Shown here piece by piece: positions 59,843 through 64,000 of a stretch of DNA of 64,000 nt. Made by a program: the position numbers and the translations under genes. Source of the DNA: the human T2T-CHM13v2.0 reference genome, Homo sapiens; assembly GCF_009914755.1 (NCBI RefSeq), contig NC_060928.1; one strand, given 5' to 3'. Positions within the stretch are counted from its first letter, which is position 1. Each line of letters starts with the position of its first letter. The notes under the pieces are model-generated. The model was not told where the DNA came from. It was given only the letters and a program-made list of their open reading frames with translations, and made no database searches.

Positions 59843-62720
59843 TAAAGGCAATAATTCATCTCATATACATTCTCTCTGAGTCACATACTTGCAAAGAAAC
59901 TGTCATGCAAAAATCCACAAAGAGTTTGAGGCAAATTCTATTTTTGTGAAAAAGTTTAACTTTTATGAGAAATTTAGTTTGACATCAGATCAAGTACTTT
60001 TCAGAGGGCAAGCAATTATCAAGATTGCAAATAGCATTCAAAATGGGAAAAGATTACCATGTTATTACATGCTAGTTAAACTGGTCATAGAGAAGTATAG
60101 TGCATTATAATTTTTAGCCACTTGGAAGAACAAAGAAAAAATATATACACTTAATAATATTTAATAAAATTTCTCAAAGGAGAATTTGTTGAAATTTTTA
60201 AGATGTTCCAGAGATCCTATAAGAATGGACAGCATGTATTTTGGTGTTATTTGTGAAACAGAATCAGAGTAAAAATTGTTTGAGAGACCATCATTAGGAA
60301 AGATACTAAACATTAATTCAAAACTTTGAAAATTTAGTACTATGCTAATAAAATGAACTTGCCCTTACAGAGTTTAATTCATGTGAAGAAGTCTGAATAT
60401 GCATATCAAAATTTAAATGATAGTAAAAGCATCAGACAACTGTGTATAATTATTTGGAAATGACAGATTGAGACAATAAGTGCTAGAAGTTCATAGGAGG
60501 GCCTTATCACTAGTGATGACTGTGGAAAAGATGAAGATTGAACTGCACCTGAAAAATTGGTAAAGCTTGGATAAGGTCAAACAATCATGAGGTTAAGGTC
60601 AAAAGGAAAAAAAAAACAGTAAGTATAAAGGCCTTAAAAAAGTACTACTTAGAACAGCATCTCACATAATGATTATTGATATAGTAGATATTTAATAACA
60701 CAATATTCAATATCTCAATATTATTTTTAAGCATTTAACAATCATCAAAAGGACAGAGCCATGAGTTTGAGATCCATTTTAGAGATATAATGCATCTCTG
60801 CCTTCTGTTTAATATTTATATCAATCCTTCTCAAGCATCAGGCTGTAGGTCACCAATTAAAGGATTTAATGCTACCATATTTTGAAAAGTGTTTCTTAGA
60901 GACAGGAGGAAAAAATGTCCTTGTTAAAGACAACTGTAAATAATCTTTAACCTGCATTATTAAAGGCTTCATTTTCAAGTCTATCCAGATTGTGGTCCTC
61001 TGATAAAAATAGTGAATAAATTACATAGACAACAATAAAAACCTTGGCCCCTCTATCACTGATTTTGCCTTTTTAATAAGAAGCAATAGACAAATTTTTT
61101 TTTATCTTTAGGGACATTAGGTAGCTATCTAGACAATATAAGTTGGGCAAAATTATCTCAAAAGGAATAATACCTAAATGTCATATATTCATTATTTTCT
61201 AGATGCCACACTGATAACGTCCCTGAAATCTTCCTTGATAACCTGAGTTACCTGACACCATAAATATAGCTAAAATTTAATGGGGTTCAAAAATTAGATA
61301 CCAGGAACATTTTTTATGATATGCTGTATCTATATTCCCATTTATTCTTTACAATTACCTTAGGTAATATTATTATATCTATTTTACAAGTGAGGAAAAA
61401 TAAACTATAAAAAGGCTAAGAAATTTTCCCAAGGTTTTAAAGGTAGTAAGATTTGAACCCAAGATGTTTGAGAAACATGCCTGAATTTAGTTTTAATAAT
61501 ATTAACTTTCTTTACTGTAACTAATTTTGTCTGCCTTTGTCCTGTCATTGATTAATCTGACAAAATTTTCAACAATAATCACATATATTACACCCAAAAT
61601 GTATCACCTCTATCATAAAATGTTCACCATTTTTCTTCTCTTGTTCGGATTATCCTTCTGCTGCTGAGGTCTCTGGTACCTGTGAAGCCTCAAAAGGGCT
61701 CTTAACATGACGATTGCTGATACTGTTTATCATTATGATTAAATGTAAATGGGGCTGTTCTGTCTGAACATATTGTCATACTGTAACAAATTAGTGGAAT
61801 GAGTGACACTGCTATGTAGCACCCAACACTGTACGCTGGATGCCACTATATTCATGACTGGGTACTAAACCAGCTACTAGGACATGTTACTACAGGAGAA
61901 AATGATCCTAGTAATATTCGCTGCCAAGCACTTAAATCATGCTGTATTCTGTGACTAATTGAAGAAAATTCCTGTTTGTTATGTTATTCTTGTGTTGGCT
62001 CCAAAGCAATAAATTTTATGTAACTTAGTATGTCATAGGAATTTATATACAAATAGCACTTTTTTTTCACTTTATTTTAGGTTCAGGGTTACATATGCAG
62101 GTCTGTGATATAGGTAAATTATGTGTCATAGGGGTTTGGTATACAGATTATTTTATCACCCAGGTAATAAGCATAGTATCTGATAGGCAGTTTTTTTATT
62201 CTCTCCATCCTCTTACCCTCTATCCTTTATGTGTCCCTTTATGTGCCCACGTGTACTCACTGTTTAGCTCCCACTTGTAAGTGAGAACATGCAGTATCTG
62301 GTTTTCTGTTTCTACATTATTTCACTTAGGAAAATGGCCTCCAGCTCCATTCATATTACTGCAAAGGACATGATCTCATTCTTTTTAATGACTGCATAGT
62401 ATTTCATGGCATATATGTACCATATTTTATTTATCCAGTCTACCATTGAGGGGCATTTAGGTTGATTCCATGTCTTTACTATTGTGAATAGTGCTGCAAT
62501 GAACATACATGTGTATGTGTCTTTATGGTAGAATGATTTATCTTCCTTTGGGTATATGGCTGATAATGGAATTGCTGGGTCAAATGGTAGTTCTGTTTTA
62601 TATTCTTTGAGAAATTCCCACGTTGCTTTCCACAAGAGATGAACTAATTTACATTCTCACCGGCAGTGTGTAAGTGTTCCCTTTCCTCTGCAACCTCGCC
62701 AGGATCCGTTATTTCCTGAC

Positions 62721-63330
<610 letters not shown>

Positions 63331-63357
63331 AAGAAAATCAACACAAAACAATAAAAA

Positions 63358-63428
63358 GAGCTGAGATCACGGCATTGCACTTCAGCCTGGGAGACAAGAG
63401 TGAAACTCCATCTCAAAAAAAAAAAAAA
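63358..63428 (+). mobile_element. Alu 3'-terminal fragment
   Basis: gagctgagatcacggcattgcacttcagcctgggagacaagagtgaaactccatctc plus poly(A). Confidence 0.9.
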
Positions 63429-64000
63429 GAGAAAGATCTCCAAAAAAGAAATTCCCAGGCCAAAATGGCTTTACTGGAAAATTAATAAAAACAACACAAA
63501 ACAATAAAAAGAGTCTATTCATGGATTTAAGTAGGAGGGGTAAGGAGGTTGATACAAATAAAAACTCATAACAAAAAAAAAGAAAAATGTCTGTCCATGT
63601 CCTCTGCCCACTTTTCAATGAGGTTGTTTGTTTTTTCCTTGTTAATTTGTTATAGATTCTGGAAATTAGGCCTTTGTCAGATGCAAAAGTTGCAAATATT
63701 ATCTCTGATTCTGTAAGTTTTCTGTTTAGTCTGGGGATAGTTTATTTTGCTGAAAAATAGCAGTCTTTATGTGGGCCTGAACCAGAATCTATGTGTACTA
63801 GGCTGGAGGGAGTCAAATTGGTGTGACTGACACAGCACTGATTTCAAAATTGCCTCCTCTTGTTCAGAGACTTGAGCACATGACTTCTCAAGCATGAGTT
63901 TTTTCCTCACAGCCTTTTCAGTTCCCTTGCACCTGAAACTCCAGTTCTGGGCATTATATAGATCCCCAAATACATTGAAAAGTGTAGAAATTAGACAAGT

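Overview
AT-rich primate (human-like) intergenic or deep-intronic DNA dominated by interspersed repeats. No intact cellular protein-coding gene, tRNA/rRNA or CRISPR array is supported; the long ORFs are remnants of L1, Tigger1, Alu or LTR sequence. Main elements: a near full-length but inactivated L1PA7-like LINE (34240-40723), a solo ERV9/LTR12 with a perfect 160-bp enhancer repeat nested in a tail-less Alu inside an old L1 (31665-34160), a near full-length Tigger1 (18064-20396), a Tigger3-type element, about 15 Alu/FLAM copies, several MaLR/ERVL LTRs, and MIR/L2/MER5 relics. The most unusual structures are a composite L1 3'-transduction with a second insertion nested in it (63166-63597), a perfect 21-bp-arm palindrome (46033-46083), a CCAAT/TATA/Inr/splice-donor arrangement in unique DNA (29.4-29.6 kb) and a PBX-HOX/MEIS motif cluster (44.8-45.15 kb). 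Subfamily names come from recalled consensus sequences, not from a database search, and the boundaries of old elements are approximate. I found no convincing new biological system.
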